Positions 18,181 through 27,972 of a DNA stretch of 41,051 bases are shown piece by piece (position 1 is the first letter of the stretch; each line of letters starts with the position of its first letter). Source of the DNA: Candidatus Bathyarchaeota archaeon RBG_16_48_13 (lineage in GTDB: Archaea; Thermoproteota; Bathyarchaeia; RBG-16-48-13); contig MEZH01000016.1 in assembly GCA_001775995.1 (NCBI GenBank), forward strand, positions 10,263-51,313, given 5' to 3'. The position numbers and the translations under genes are program-made. The notes below the pieces were generated by a model. That model ran no database searches. It worked only from the letters and a program-made list of their open reading frames with translations, and was not told the DNA's origin.

Positions 18181-19314
18181 CTAGTTACTGGAAACGGGAA
18201 TGGTTGCGCCGCAGTACTTGCATTGCAAAGAAGTCTGTCCTCTGTAAATCTCCTCCGAATAAGGTGCGCTACATCTTGGACAAACAATTGGGACAGACGG
18301 CCGCTCATCTGTCTTGGAGCCTTCCGTTGCATCAAGTTCTTGATCGGCCTCCCCATTCGAAATGAAATTGTGAAAGCGCAAGACTAGATCTGCGTCTTCG
18401 CCATCAGTATCGAGTTTCATCTCCTGTTGCCCGCTGTCAGGTTTGAATGTGACGTACAAACCTTGTCCAGCGAGGATGCCAACTCTGCCTTTCACAATAT
18501 TATCAATCATGCCGATAGGTCTGTCAACAGTGGTCTCACGAATTTTCTTCTTTTGCGTCGCGATGAAAAATGTTTTCTTCAGAACCACTTCTTTCTCCGA
18601 CTCATAGATGAAGCGTTGGTTGGTCAGGCTCAAGACCCCTTCAGCATCAGCGTTCAAGTCTTTTGCTTTGACTGAAAGGATGGGAGATTCACCCTGTTTC
18701 CATTTGAACGATGAAATCGATGTAAGACTGAGTGTCCTCTCCGCCACACCAACATCTCGGTCTAGTGAATGTATCTTATTCAACGTGTCCCCCGTAGCGC
18801 CGGATACTCGGCTTGAGAAATCCGACACGTAAGCTTGAAATGTGGAGACCCTCGCTTCAACACTACTTAGTTGAGAGACGTCATAGTTTGAGGAAAAGCG
18901 TCTTTGAGCCAATTCATTCTCAATGGTTCTTCCCTCCGAAACGAGAACTGGTGCAGTGCTCCCAATGATGCTTGCTACATTGGGTTTTGCTAGTGACCAT
19001 CTTTCTGAAAGAGAGGCAACGTCCTTCTCAAGATTCATCATCACCCGATAATTCATCTTCCTGATCTGCTGAATTCTCGTGGGGAGTCTGTTCAAAGCAT
19101 CATCGATATCAGTTACATTTCTACTGGTTTGATTCAGCTGCTGCACTAAAAGGGAAACTTGGTTAGTTATGACATTAAATCGGTTCATATACGCTAGCTG
19201 TCTATTGTCTACGGTACTCGGGCTGTAGCCCGCTCCACTCGCGCTGTAACCCTTCCTCATAGGCCCCTGGCCACCCATATTCCCACCCATATGTATCACT
19301 GATTCTTGGATCAA
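18181..19314 (-). CDS. Hypothetical protein: coiled coil, PH-like beta domain and C4 zinc finger
   Basis: Heptad-rich N-half; EGVLSLTNQRFIYE PH-like motif; CPRC...CKYC at C-terminus; exact start uncertain. Confidence 0.75.
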   Translation of the reverse strand: MIQESVIHMGGNMGGQGPMRKGYSASGAGYSPSTVDNRQLAYMNRFNVITNQVSLLVQQLNQTSRNVTDIDDALNRLPTRIQQIRKMNYRVMMNLEKDVASLSERWSLAKPNVASIIGSTAPVLVSEGRTIENELAQRRFSSNYDVSQLSSVEARVSTFQAYVSDFSSRVSGATGDTLNKIHSLDRDVGVAERTLSLTSISSFKWKQGESPILSVKAKDLNADAEGVLSLTNQRFIYESEKEVVLKKTFFIATQKKKIRETTVDRPIGMIDNIVKGRVGILAGQGLYVTFKPDSGQQEMKLDTDGEDADLVLRFHNFISNGEADQELDATEGSKTDERPSVPIVCPRCSAPYSEEIYRGQTSLQCKYCGATIPVSSN

Positions 19315-19370
19315 TTATCTATATGAGTTAGCTACCAGTATTAATTTTGTGTCTAAGTAAGTATTTCAGG

Positions 19371-19661
19371 TCATAGCAATGATAAGTTACTTTTCTTGGT
19401 AAGATTGCTCTTTTCCTCATTCAATTCTTCGCTTCTATCAGTATATATCGGAAAGCGCACGCTCGACTGCGACCAGGACATTGGGACAACACGAGGACAG
19501 GAATGCTTCGTGCGGGACATCTTTAGGTCAGAATCGGGACATTTCTTATATGGAGCACGCGCCTTTCCCCTTAATCCCTTAATCCTCATATCTACTTCAA
19601 AATATTTTCTCCCGGCAAAAGTTCCACGACCGAATGTACATTTATATCTCTTCTCAGACAC
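19371..19661 (-). CDS. Possible small basic hypothetical protein
   Basis: Open frame filling an intergenic gap; no recognisable motif. Confidence 0.3.
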   Translation of the reverse strand: MSEKRYKCTFGRGTFAGRKYFEVDMRIKGLRGKARAPYKKCPDSDLKMSRTKHSCPRVVPMSWSQSSVRFPIYTDRSEELNEEKSNLTKKSNLSLL

Positions 19662-19712
19662 GGATAGAGTAACTCCTTTTGCGCGTGCTGAAAAGAGGAT
19701 TGGGATAGGGAC

Positions 19713-20255
19713 ATGGGCAACCTTTGGAGAGACCTTCCAGCCGGGCCAAGACCGCCGAGCAGCGTTTATGCCGTGGTGGAGGTCCCCAGGGAGTGCACGA
19801 ACAAGTACGAATTCGATTGGAAGAACGGGGTCTTCAAGCTCAATCGCGTACTGTACTCAGCCCTGTATTACCCAGGCGACTACGGGATAATCCCAAGAAC
19901 CTGGTACGGAGACGAAGACCCGTTGGACATACTCGTGCTGACCACCAAGCCCACCTTCACCGGATGCGTGTTGGAGGCCAGACCGATCGGGGCGCTGCTG
20001 ACGGAGGATGAACACGGCCAGGACGACAAGATCTTGGCGGTACCGATCAGGGACCCGAGGTGGAACGAGGTCGCAGACATAAAGGACTTGGGAAAACACA
20101 TCCGGTTCGAGATAGCGGACTTCTTCCTCAACTACAAGAAGCTCGAGCCCGAGAAATGGGTCAATGTGAAAGAGTGGATGGACTCCAAAGCCGCGGAAGA
20201 GATAATTCTCTCAGCCATGCAGATGTATACAGAGAAATTCGGAAAAGAATGCTGA
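19713..20255 (+). CDS. ppa: Family I inorganic pyrophosphatase
   Basis: NKYE, YPGDYG, DEDPLD, EDEHGQDDKIL and YKKLE motifs. Confidence 0.95.
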   Translation: MGNLWRDLPAGPRPPSSVYAVVEVPRECTNKYEFDWKNGVFKLNRVLYSALYYPGDYGIIPRTWYGDEDPLDILVLTTKPTFTGCVLEARPIGALLTEDEHGQDDKILAVPIRDPRWNEVADIKDLGKHIRFEIADFFLNYKKLEPEKWVNVKEWMDSKAAEEIILSAMQMYTEKFGKEC

Positions 20256-20473
20256 GCTCGATTGTGCCAATTTCGATTTCATCTTCCTGGCGCGCGCGAC
20301 CTCGACATGTTCTGCCAGATTCACTTACTCATGTTTGATACGCCAAGGCTGTTGTAACAATTTCCCGAAAACCGCGCACTCCCAGACTCGGAAAGCGTTT
20401 AAAGAATGCCCTTCCAAATTATATATTCGAAGGTCGGACAGCTAAAAAGTGGAAGATAGAAGGGCGTGAAAAA

Positions 20474-20842
20474 ATGAGCGAGGAAGATTCTTCCAGCCTA
20501 AAGCAGACGATAGTGGGGAAAGCCCGGGAGGGCGCTTTCAACAACAACCCACTGCTGAGCGCGGTCCACTCCGTGACATGCCGCGGATGCGGGCACCGTC
20601 AGAGGGCGGTCTTCCTGGAGTTCCTCAGGTCCGGGGAGTTCGAACTGGGAAAGGTCGAGCAGGTCGAGGCCCTCGACACACAAGGTCCCACTGGGTTTGT
20701 CGAGATCCAGAAGGTCACCCCAGTAGTCCTGATGTTCGCCTGCGAGAGGTGCGGTCGCAGAATCGAGGCGCAGCCGGTGAGCGCCGAGTACCTGAACATG
20801 ATAATCAGCAGGCCGCGGGCAGCAGGAACCATGATCGCCTAG
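20474..20842 (+). CDS. Hypothetical zinc-binding protein
   Basis: CRGC and CERC pair; TATA-like TTTAAA upstream at about 20398. Confidence 0.65.
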   Translation: MSEEDSSSLKQTIVGKAREGAFNNNPLLSAVHSVTCRGCGHRQRAVFLEFLRSGEFELGKVEQVEALDTQGPTGFVEIQKVTPVVLMFACERCGRRIEAQPVSAEYLNMIISRPRAAGTMIA

Positions 20843-20927
20843 GGTTCAGCATCTCCACGACCACTCATCGTGGTGACCCCGACACGAGAATGCATGGGAA
20901 CGACTGAGCCGTTAGCGCGCGCTGAGG

Positions 20928-21203
20928 TTAAGTTGGCCTCCTCAGATCTTTGATTGATTTGTCAATTGTGATAACGTCAGACACGGCCTTCACTACGTCG
21001 ACTGGCACCTTGATCTCTACGCGTCCAAGTCTGGGTCTTTTGTATCCCAAGGATTCGACTGAATCATATGACAACTGCACCTTCAGATGAGTTACTTTCC
21101 ACGATGAAAGATCGAATTCAATTCCAGAAACGGTTCCCAGTATTCTTCCACCGGTTTCAATAACGTTCTTTCCTTCCAGTTCAGATGGGCGCATGAACAT
21201 CAC
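20928..21203 (-). CDS. PRC-barrel domain protein
   Basis: SELEGKNVIETGGRILGTVSGIEFD...VKAVSDVITI. Confidence 0.88.
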   Translation of the reverse strand: MMFMRPSELEGKNVIETGGRILGTVSGIEFDLSSWKVTHLKVQLSYDSVESLGYKRPRLGRVEIKVPVDVVKAVSDVITIDKSIKDLRRPT

Positions 21204-21495
21204 CTACTAGCAATGTTTTCTGAATATTTGAGGTTTTGCAGCCTTACTAGGTCTCATTCTACAGCTACCTCTACCTCATCCTTTTTCGGAATACTTCTTT
21301 TCACGGTTGATCTTTTTGTGTTTGTTTTTGCTATGAGAGAATGTGAGTGAGAGAAAGAGAAGGAAAAATAAGGAAAAGAAGAGGTTGTTGTTGGGCGCGC
21401 GGGAAGTTCTTTCTGAACAAGCGAGCTATCAAGATCAATCAAACAGAATTTTTTGTCGATAAATAAATATTCTATTTCCAATTGAAGTATACACT

Positions 21496-22149
21496 ATGGC
21501 CTGTTCCTCGTGTGGAAGAAAAGCCCAACCATTTGAAAGATTCTGTACAGCCTGTGGAGCCCCATTACCAGAGGCGAGCACAATTGCCGGAAACCCACCC
21601 CCTCCGCCTCCTCCTGAAGGTTACTTAAGAGCGGGCACTGAAGTGGTAGTTGGAGTCATACCCCACCTGGTTGTGGCGACAGGTAGCCTGAAGACGAGGC
21701 AGTGGATACTTATCTCGACCAATCAGAGGATGTTGCTGGCGCAGTTCTCCGGTCCCCAGATGCAGGAGGCTCTGGCTCAGTCGAAGGCGCGAGCGAAGGG
21801 GTTTCTATCTAAGCTCTTAGCGGGTAAGGTGTTGCTACCAGCTGATGTGGTCGAATACTGCCGCAAGTACTTCACGATGTCCCCGGAGCAAATATTGGTT
21901 GAGACGCCGGGCAATATCTCATTGAATTTATCGGAGATCCGCAGGGCCTACATTGACTACGAGCAAGATGAAAAGGATCCGGACTCGAGCATCCGAACGG
22001 ATAGGTACTGGTTGACCATCCTATCCAATGTGGGGGAGTACAAGTATGTCTTCGACGCAGATCCTCAAGATATGAAGGTACTGCGAGACGCGCTGGGTGA
22101 AAGGGTCCATGGTGTGAGTCGTGCCAAGGCGATGAAGCCAACATTCTAG
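21496..22149 (+). CDS. Zinc ribbon, poly-Pro linker and PH-like domain protein
   Basis: CSSC...CTAC, NPPPPPPPEG, LISTNQRMLLA PH-like motif. Confidence 0.75.
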   Translation: MACSSCGRKAQPFERFCTACGAPLPEASTIAGNPPPPPPPEGYLRAGTEVVVGVIPHLVVATGSLKTRQWILISTNQRMLLAQFSGPQMQEALAQSKARAKGFLSKLLAGKVLLPADVVEYCRKYFTMSPEQILVETPGNISLNLSEIRRAYIDYEQDEKDPDSSIRTDRYWLTILSNVGEYKYVFDADPQDMKVLRDALGERVHGVSRAKAMKPTF

Positions 22150-22256
22150 TTCGCACGCGCAGCTCGCGCTAGAAGGATGAAACTATCATCCGAAGAAGCT
22201 CTAGCTCGCGCTACGAAGATTTGTTTTAATATGCACGTCTCCTTCAAAGGAAGGAC

Positions 22257-23123
22257 ATGAATGGGCCTGTCTTGGCGTTACTTTCGGCATTGGCTTCAGG
22301 CTTGTCTGTTGTCCTAGTAAGCAAATACTCAAAGAAGTCAAATGCCTTCAACGTCAGCCTAGTAATTACCTGCGTGGGCACGGTAATCCTCTGGCCCCTC
22401 GCGGTTCTACTGACAGATCTCGGATCTGCCAACCTTGAAGGGCTCATACTCTTTGCCATAGGCGGAGTGCTTTCACCGGGATTAGTGAGGCTCCTTTACT
22501 ACCGTGGCCTAAGAATGGTGGGAACATCGGTGAACTCGTCCATCTTCTCAATCTACCCACTCTACGCTTCGCTTCTCGCTGTGCTTATGCTGAACGAAAT
22601 ACTGTCGCTGGAAAACTGGGCAGGCATTCTATGCATCGTTCTCGGTGTCGTTTCCGTGGAAATGAGTTCCCGCGAAATCAGCAGTGGAAACAGATTCGCC
22701 AGAAGAGACTTTATCTTCCCCATATTAGGAGGCTTAACCTTCGGCGTGTCCAGCATAATCAGAAAGTACGCCTTAGACGCTTACAACGCCCCAGTCATGG
22801 GTGTCGCTGTAGCCCACACTTTTGCGCTTCTTCCATACTTGTTGATGCTGATGCTCTCTACGTCGACACGAAATGAATTATCCTTGAAACGAGATCTTCG
22901 GTTCTTCTGGATAGCTGGGATCGGACAAGCGCTTTCGTGGATTTTGAGCTTCTACGCTCTGAGCTATGAGGGAGTCTCAATCATAACGCCGCTGCTTTCA
23001 GTAGAACCGCTGTTTGTGGCATTCTTCGCATACCTTTATCTGAAAGAACTGGAACGCATCTCTCCCAGACTCATAGCAAGCATGATTCTCACAGTTCTCG
23101 GAGTTATTCTTGTCATAACATAG
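22257..23123 (+). CDS. EamA/DMT family transporter
   Basis: About 10 TM segments in two repeats; YPLYASLLAVLMLNE and EPLFVAFFAYLYLKE. Confidence 0.9.
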   Translation: MNGPVLALLSALASGLSVVLVSKYSKKSNAFNVSLVITCVGTVILWPLAVLLTDLGSANLEGLILFAIGGVLSPGLVRLLYYRGLRMVGTSVNSSIFSIYPLYASLLAVLMLNEILSLENWAGILCIVLGVVSVEMSSREISSGNRFARRDFIFPILGGLTFGVSSIIRKYALDAYNAPVMGVAVAHTFALLPYLLMLMLSTSTRNELSLKRDLRFFWIAGIGQALSWILSFYALSYEGVSIITPLLSVEPLFVAFFAYLYLKELERISPRLIASMILTVLGVILVIT

Positions 23124-23278
23124 TGCGCGTTAAGATTTAGCACTCACACACTGACTACTACCACCACTACTACTCTCTCGCACACCTAGCACACACCACA
23201 ACACACCGCATACAACAGAAATCCTGGCAAGCGCGCTAATGGGTTTGAGCCAAAGACGAAATCCGGGTTGAAACGCCT

Positions 23279-23689
23279 CTAGCGGCACGGAACCGAGGCG
23301 CGCGGAGGTGGGTGCTTCTGGGCATCGTTCGAAGTGTGAAACTCTAACGCAGCCCTCGGCAAAGGGTGGGGAAGGCCGTCGTTCTGATACGCATCAACAG
23401 AAAGGATCTGCCAACTCGGGTGAGCCATCTTGAACGCCAACCCGATTGTGGACTTGGTCTTTTCAAGAGGCATCTCTCCGTCGATCATCACATGATAAGT
23501 GTTGACGAAATGTGCCTCAAGGTAAGGCCTCAAATAGGTTACCATAATTCGGTACTCTGTTTCCTCACTCGTATCAGACACATTCGAAGGGGATGACCCA
23601 TTTGGCCTTCTGAAACTCAACAAAGAGCTTGCTGCCCTCATGAGTCTAGAAGCATGCCCGTAGCTTCCCGATTTGTCGACCTCCCACAA
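23279..23689 (-). CDS. Hypothetical protein
   Basis: Central part looks globular (YRIMVTYLRPY...FKMAHPSWQIL); both termini uncertain. Confidence 0.4.
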   Translation of the reverse strand: MWEVDKSGSYGHASRLMRAASSLLSFRRPNGSSPSNVSDTSEETEYRIMVTYLRPYLEAHFVNTYHVMIDGEMPLEKTKSTIGLAFKMAHPSWQILSVDAYQNDGLPHPLPRAALEFHTSNDAQKHPPPRASVPCR

Positions 23690-23986
23690 AGCCGCCTTTA
23701 GAGGGGACGTTTCTTCGTCCAGCTAATAAGACCTTTATGAACGTGCAGTCCATGGAGGAAAAATGTACACGGTTCGAGTGAAGCAACAGTTCTAGCACGC
23801 GATAAGACTTAATCCCACCACAAGAAAACAAAAGACGCACAACTCGCGCACGTGCACACTGTAGGCTAATCTCTTCAAGCGAACGGCGATAATGATTATA
23901 AGGAAGGGGAGCCGTCACATTCAGTCGAGTATAACGACCCTAAGCATCAGTGACTCTGATGCCTGTCTTGAGACCATAGACTCCCC

Positions 23987-24010
23987 GATGGGTGCCTGCA
24001 GGCACCCATC
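23987..24010. repeat. Perfect 24-bp palindrome GATGGGTGCCTGCAGGCACCCATC
   Basis: Exact self-complement; a second hairpin GCATCAG-N5-CTGATGC lies at 23944-23962. Confidence 0.9.
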
Positions 24011-24072
24011 TTTCTGGACCAGAGGTTTCGCAAGTTATTTGAAGTAGCCTATCCACTAATTTCTTAAGGGTC

Positions 24073-24795
24073 GTGCTGAGAGTGCTGTGCTACGTCAACA
24101 TCGAGCATGCTAATATGATGAAGGATCCGATGAGGCGGAGGGCTCGCCTGATCAAGTTGATGGAGGCCAAGCTGCGCTTCGAGGAGCTCTCGGGCGAACC
24201 ATGCCTCATCTCTCACTACCTCGATGTCTCCGCCGAGTCCATCCGGGAGATGCGGATAGGCGCGATCCTCATAAGCGGCAACTCCACCAATTGGCTGGAG
24301 TACGACTTCGAGGGCTTCAGGGGACTATTCCGGCTGATCACGGACAGCAGCATCCCGATCTTTGGTCTCTGCGGTGGCCACCAGCTCATAGCCATGGCCT
24401 ACGGCGCCGAAGTGGCGGCCATGCGCCCGCTCGGGCCCGGCGAAGACGACCCGCTACCCCACCTAGCGCCGGGATTCTACAAGGAAAAGGGTTTCCTCGA
24501 GGTCAATGTAGTGAAGAAGGACCCGCTTTTCAGGGGCCTCTCCGATAGAATCACCGTGAACGAAGCGCACCACGCTGAGATCAAAAGATTACCAAAGGAA
24601 TTTGAGTTGCTCGCCTCCGGAGACGAGTGCGACATCCAAGCGATGAAGCACCGAAGGAGAATCATTTACGGAACACAGTTCCACCCCGAGAACTACGATG
24701 ACCGCCATCTCGATGGGAAAATCATACTTCAAAACTTCTTCAGGATAGCCGGTGTTTCTCCGCGTTACTCTTCAAAGGATCGAAACGACTCATGA
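24073..24795 (+). CDS. Class I glutamine amidotransferase-like protein
   Basis: Catalytic triad motifs GLCGGHQL and GTQFHPE; ILISG oxyanion region. Confidence 0.9.
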   Translation: MLRVLCYVNIEHANMMKDPMRRRARLIKLMEAKLRFEELSGEPCLISHYLDVSAESIREMRIGAILISGNSTNWLEYDFEGFRGLFRLITDSSIPIFGLCGGHQLIAMAYGAEVAAMRPLGPGEDDPLPHLAPGFYKEKGFLEVNVVKKDPLFRGLSDRITVNEAHHAEIKRLPKEFELLASGDECDIQAMKHRRRIIYGTQFHPENYDDRHLDGKIILQNFFRIAGVSPRYSSKDRNDS

Positions 24796-25024
24796 GGTTG
24801 GCATGTTTTGCGGGAGGAATCGGGTTCATCGATTGATGTTCAAAGCATTTTCAATGGAGCATAGTGGGATGAGGATTTAGCGTTCATAAGCGTTATTAAT
24901 CGTGTTGTCAGAAGGTACTATCAATTCGGTTTCCACATGGAAAATCGAGAAGAGATCAGGATTCTGACGAAGAAGCATCTCAGAAATACCATGCGTGGAC
25001 ATTCCAAGAACGAGGCTGTGAGAA

Positions 25025-25438
25025 ATGGAGTTTCTGACCAAGAACATAACTATTGAGGTACCCCCGAAGGTCGTCTACGAAGCACTTAAGGAAATCAACG
25101 ATTCACCTCGGCTTAAGCAATATTGGAATGATCTCGACCAAGGATCCTTCAAGACCGAGTTGGTCGAGTTCGTCCCCAACGAAGAACTTGTCTTCAGCGG
25201 CTCAAACGTTATAGTCAAGGTGGATTGGAAATTCCTCATACGCTCCGTGACAGACTTCAGCGAAATTACTATAACGATCGATTTCAAGCCGAACAACGTC
25301 AAGTTCCTTGCTCACGGACTTGAGAAAGCAGTCGCACAGACACTGATGGCGGACGTGATTACGAGCCTTTTCTTGCTCGAAAAAGGGTACAAGACGAAGT
25401 CACAGTCAGCGGCAACCCCAGATCGAAAGAAGGAGTAG
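25025..25438 (+). CDS. SRPBCC/START-like hypothetical protein
   Basis: ITIEVPPKVVYEAL...ELVEFVPNEELVF...SEITITIDF pattern. Confidence 0.55.
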   Translation: MEFLTKNITIEVPPKVVYEALKEINDSPRLKQYWNDLDQGSFKTELVEFVPNEELVFSGSNVIVKVDWKFLIRSVTDFSEITITIDFKPNNVKFLAHGLEKAVAQTLMADVITSLFLLEKGYKTKSQSAATPDRKKE

Positions 25439-25715
25439 GCGCCTCTCTCGATAGACGCCACAGTGGAATTACCTTACAATTTCTGAGGCATATATCTCGC
25501 AGAACGGTTTTGCGTTCTGTTTCTCTCTCCGCTTTGTAATATAGACCCCATAATATGATTGACATAGAGAAGGAAGAATGAGGCAGAAGACAAGAACGAA
25601 ACAGGACTCGAGATTCGAAGAACAAGAGCATGCAGGTTAGACGCCAGTTCGTTGGATCAGTTCTGCAAGCTTATTTATAGACGGAGGGCACCTCTTAGGT
25701 TGGGGCTCCCTCGAA

Positions 25716-26675
25716 TTGGACATATTAACCATTTTCGTAATGCTAGCCTTTGTTGTGGCCGTAATAATACTGGTCGTCAACAGTTACGCAGTGGTACGAC
25801 CAACGCATAGAGCGTTGATAGAAAGGCTGGGCAAATACAACAGGTTTGGAGGCGCAGGACTAAACTTCAAGATGCCATTGATTGAAAGAATCGTGAGGGT
25901 GGACATAACCGAACAATTGGTCACTGCCGAGCCTCAACAGATAATCACCAAGGACAAGCTCAACGCCACCGTAGATGCTCAGGTGTACTTCAAGGTTCAA
26001 GAAGACGAGAATAATGTAAAGGCTTGTCAATACAACGTCTTCAACTACAGGGTGCAGATAGTGCAGTTGGCCAGAACCACGTTGAGAAACATCATCGGCA
26101 CCCTCACCCTGACGGAGGCCAATTCTCAGAGGGACAAGATAAACACAGAGCTCATGACCACACTGGCTATAGAGACAAAGAACTGGGGCATATTGGTCGT
26201 GCGAACGGAGCTGAAGGAAATCGATCCGCCCCCCGACGTGCAGGCAACGATGAACATGGTCGTGAAAGCGGAGAACACAAAGATAGCAAACTTGGACTTC
26301 GCCACTGCGGCCGAGACAAAGGCAGACGGAGAGAGGAGAGCTCAAATAAAGACTGCAGAAGGACTGAAGCAGGCAGCCATTCTCGCGGCAGAAGGAGACA
26401 GGGAAGCAAAGATACTCAGGGCACAAGGCGACGCAGAGGCCATAAAAATCGTAAACTTGGCTGCAGAAAAATACTTTGTCGATAATGCACAAGTACTCAG
26501 GAAGATACAGGCAGTAGAGACAGCGTTTCAGGGCGCAACGAAGTTGGTCATCCCGGAAGGAACTTCGTTGGTGAACATTCTTTCGGAAGCAGCTGGCGTG
26601 CCGAAGGTAATACCTTTGGTTACCACTCCTGTTGAAGAAAAGAGCAGGAGCCAAAGTCCCACGAGCCCAGAGTAA
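25716..26675 (+). CDS. Stomatin/QmcA-like SPFH (band 7) membrane protein
   Basis: N-terminal TM, ALIERLGKY, QQIITKD, LARTTLRNIIG, ELKEIDPP, AEG-rich coiled coil. Confidence 0.93.
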   Translation: MDILTIFVMLAFVVAVIILVVNSYAVVRPTHRALIERLGKYNRFGGAGLNFKMPLIERIVRVDITEQLVTAEPQQIITKDKLNATVDAQVYFKVQEDENNVKACQYNVFNYRVQIVQLARTTLRNIIGTLTLTEANSQRDKINTELMTTLAIETKNWGILVVRTELKEIDPPPDVQATMNMVVKAENTKIANLDFATAAETKADGERRAQIKTAEGLKQAAILAAEGDREAKILRAQGDAEAIKIVNLAAEKYFVDNAQVLRKIQAVETAFQGATKLVIPEGTSLVNILSEAAGVPKVIPLVTTPVEEKSRSQSPTSPE

Positions 26676-26812
26676 AACTTGATTGCCTTGACTCTCACTC
26701 GACCAGCCACTCGATCTGACTCTTGGGTCAAAGTCCCAGGACCCGAGATTAGACCCACCCGGCTCTATTGAAATGGGGGGGGACTCGAGGGGATAGGCTA
26801 ATTCGGCTTCTT

Positions 26813-27130
26813 TCACAGCGGTTTTCCGCATTTGATGCAGTTGGCTCCGACAGGAGGTTGAACTGTGTGGCAATTCCTGCACTCTACGACGAGATGGGCG
26901 CCGCAGTTCTGGCAGTAGTCATCGAAGAAGGTGAGCTTTCCGCATTTGGGACAACTGATCGACAAGGAGAGGCCGCAACTGCTGCACCTAGCCCAGCCGA
27001 CCTGGATCGGCGCACGGCATTTGGGACATCTGGTCTCCAGGGGGTTCACCTTCCCGCACGCGGGGCATACCTTCGAATTTGGGGGGACGAGCTGGCCGCA
27101 GTACTTGCACGGTTTCTGATAGCTCGACAT
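26813..27130 (-). CDS. Small protein made of four tandem zinc ribbons
   Basis: Eight CxxC motifs in 105 aa. Confidence 0.85.
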   Translation of the reverse strand: MSSYQKPCKYCGQLVPPNSKVCPACGKVNPLETRCPKCRAPIQVGWARCSSCGLSLSISCPKCGKLTFFDDYCQNCGAHLVVECRNCHTVQPPVGANCIKCGKPL

Positions 27131-27253
27131 GGGCGTTCACTTTTGAAGGATTCTTGGATACGCTTCCGTAATATGCTTTTTCGTGGCATCGAGCCGAACA
27201 TAACCTTCTTATAACCCAGGTTTCAATCGCTAAGAATATGGAGTTGTATTGAG

Positions 27254-27913
27254 ATGCCTTTCATACCTTTCACGAGAAATTACGCCGACAATAGCACCGA
27301 GGCAGGGTTCCAGTTCACCTTCTTCTGCGACATATGCAACGATGGCTACAAGACCGGCTTCATCGAGTCGAAGACCTACAAGAAGGCCGGGCTTTTCAGG
27401 GGGTTGGGCAGGGCCGCCTCGATAGGCTCATCCATGTTGGGCCGCGGAGCTGGATACCAGGTCGAGCGGGGCACCGACGTGATCGCCGAGAGGTTCTCTG
27501 GAATGTCGCCAGAGTGGCACAAGGAGTACGAGGAAGCGTTCAAGCTTGCCCAGAACGAGGCCATGGGACACTTCCACAAGTGCCCGAAGTGCGCCAAGTG
27601 GGTGGACGACACGTGCTGGAACGACGAGGACGGGCTGTGCACCAATGATGCGCCGAGAGCCGCGGCGGAGATCGCTGCAGCGAGGGCCACCCAGAGGAAA
27701 GACCAGATATGGAAGAAGGCTGCGGAGACGACCGTCTTCACCGGCGAAGTCAAGGCCACTCAGACCATCTGTCCGCGGTGCGGGAAGCCCGCTGGATCGG
27801 GCAAGTTCTGCACGAATTGCGGAGCCCCACTCATGATGTTGACGTGCTCAAAGTGCGGAGCACAGAACAATCCGGGCACAAGTTTCTGCAGCGAGTGCGG
27901 AAACAAGCTCTAG
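27254..27913 (+). CDS. Zinc-binding protein with C-terminal double zinc ribbon
   Basis: FQFTFFCDIC, CPKC...C...C, then CPRC/CTNC and CSKC/CSEC. Confidence 0.85.
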   Translation: MPFIPFTRNYADNSTEAGFQFTFFCDICNDGYKTGFIESKTYKKAGLFRGLGRAASIGSSMLGRGAGYQVERGTDVIAERFSGMSPEWHKEYEEAFKLAQNEAMGHFHKCPKCAKWVDDTCWNDEDGLCTNDAPRAAAEIAAARATQRKDQIWKKAAETTVFTGEVKATQTICPRCGKPAGSGKFCTNCGAPLMMLTCSKCGAQNNPGTSFCSECGNKL

Positions 27914-27972
27914 TCCACCCAGGGATCAGAAAAACCCTTCGAAAGAAAGCTGATGCCAGAAAGAGATAGGAA

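Noticed and set aside
19713-20255. Asn in place of the usual Asp in LDRVL of the pyrophosphatase
   Set aside because: A single substitution with the other catalytic motifs intact; not enough to claim altered function.
25860-26882. 340-aa antisense ORF over the stomatin gene, and similar long shadow ORFs (8304-9068, 6488-7189, 16373-17074)
   Set aside because: They overlap well-supported genes on the opposite strand and carry no motifs.
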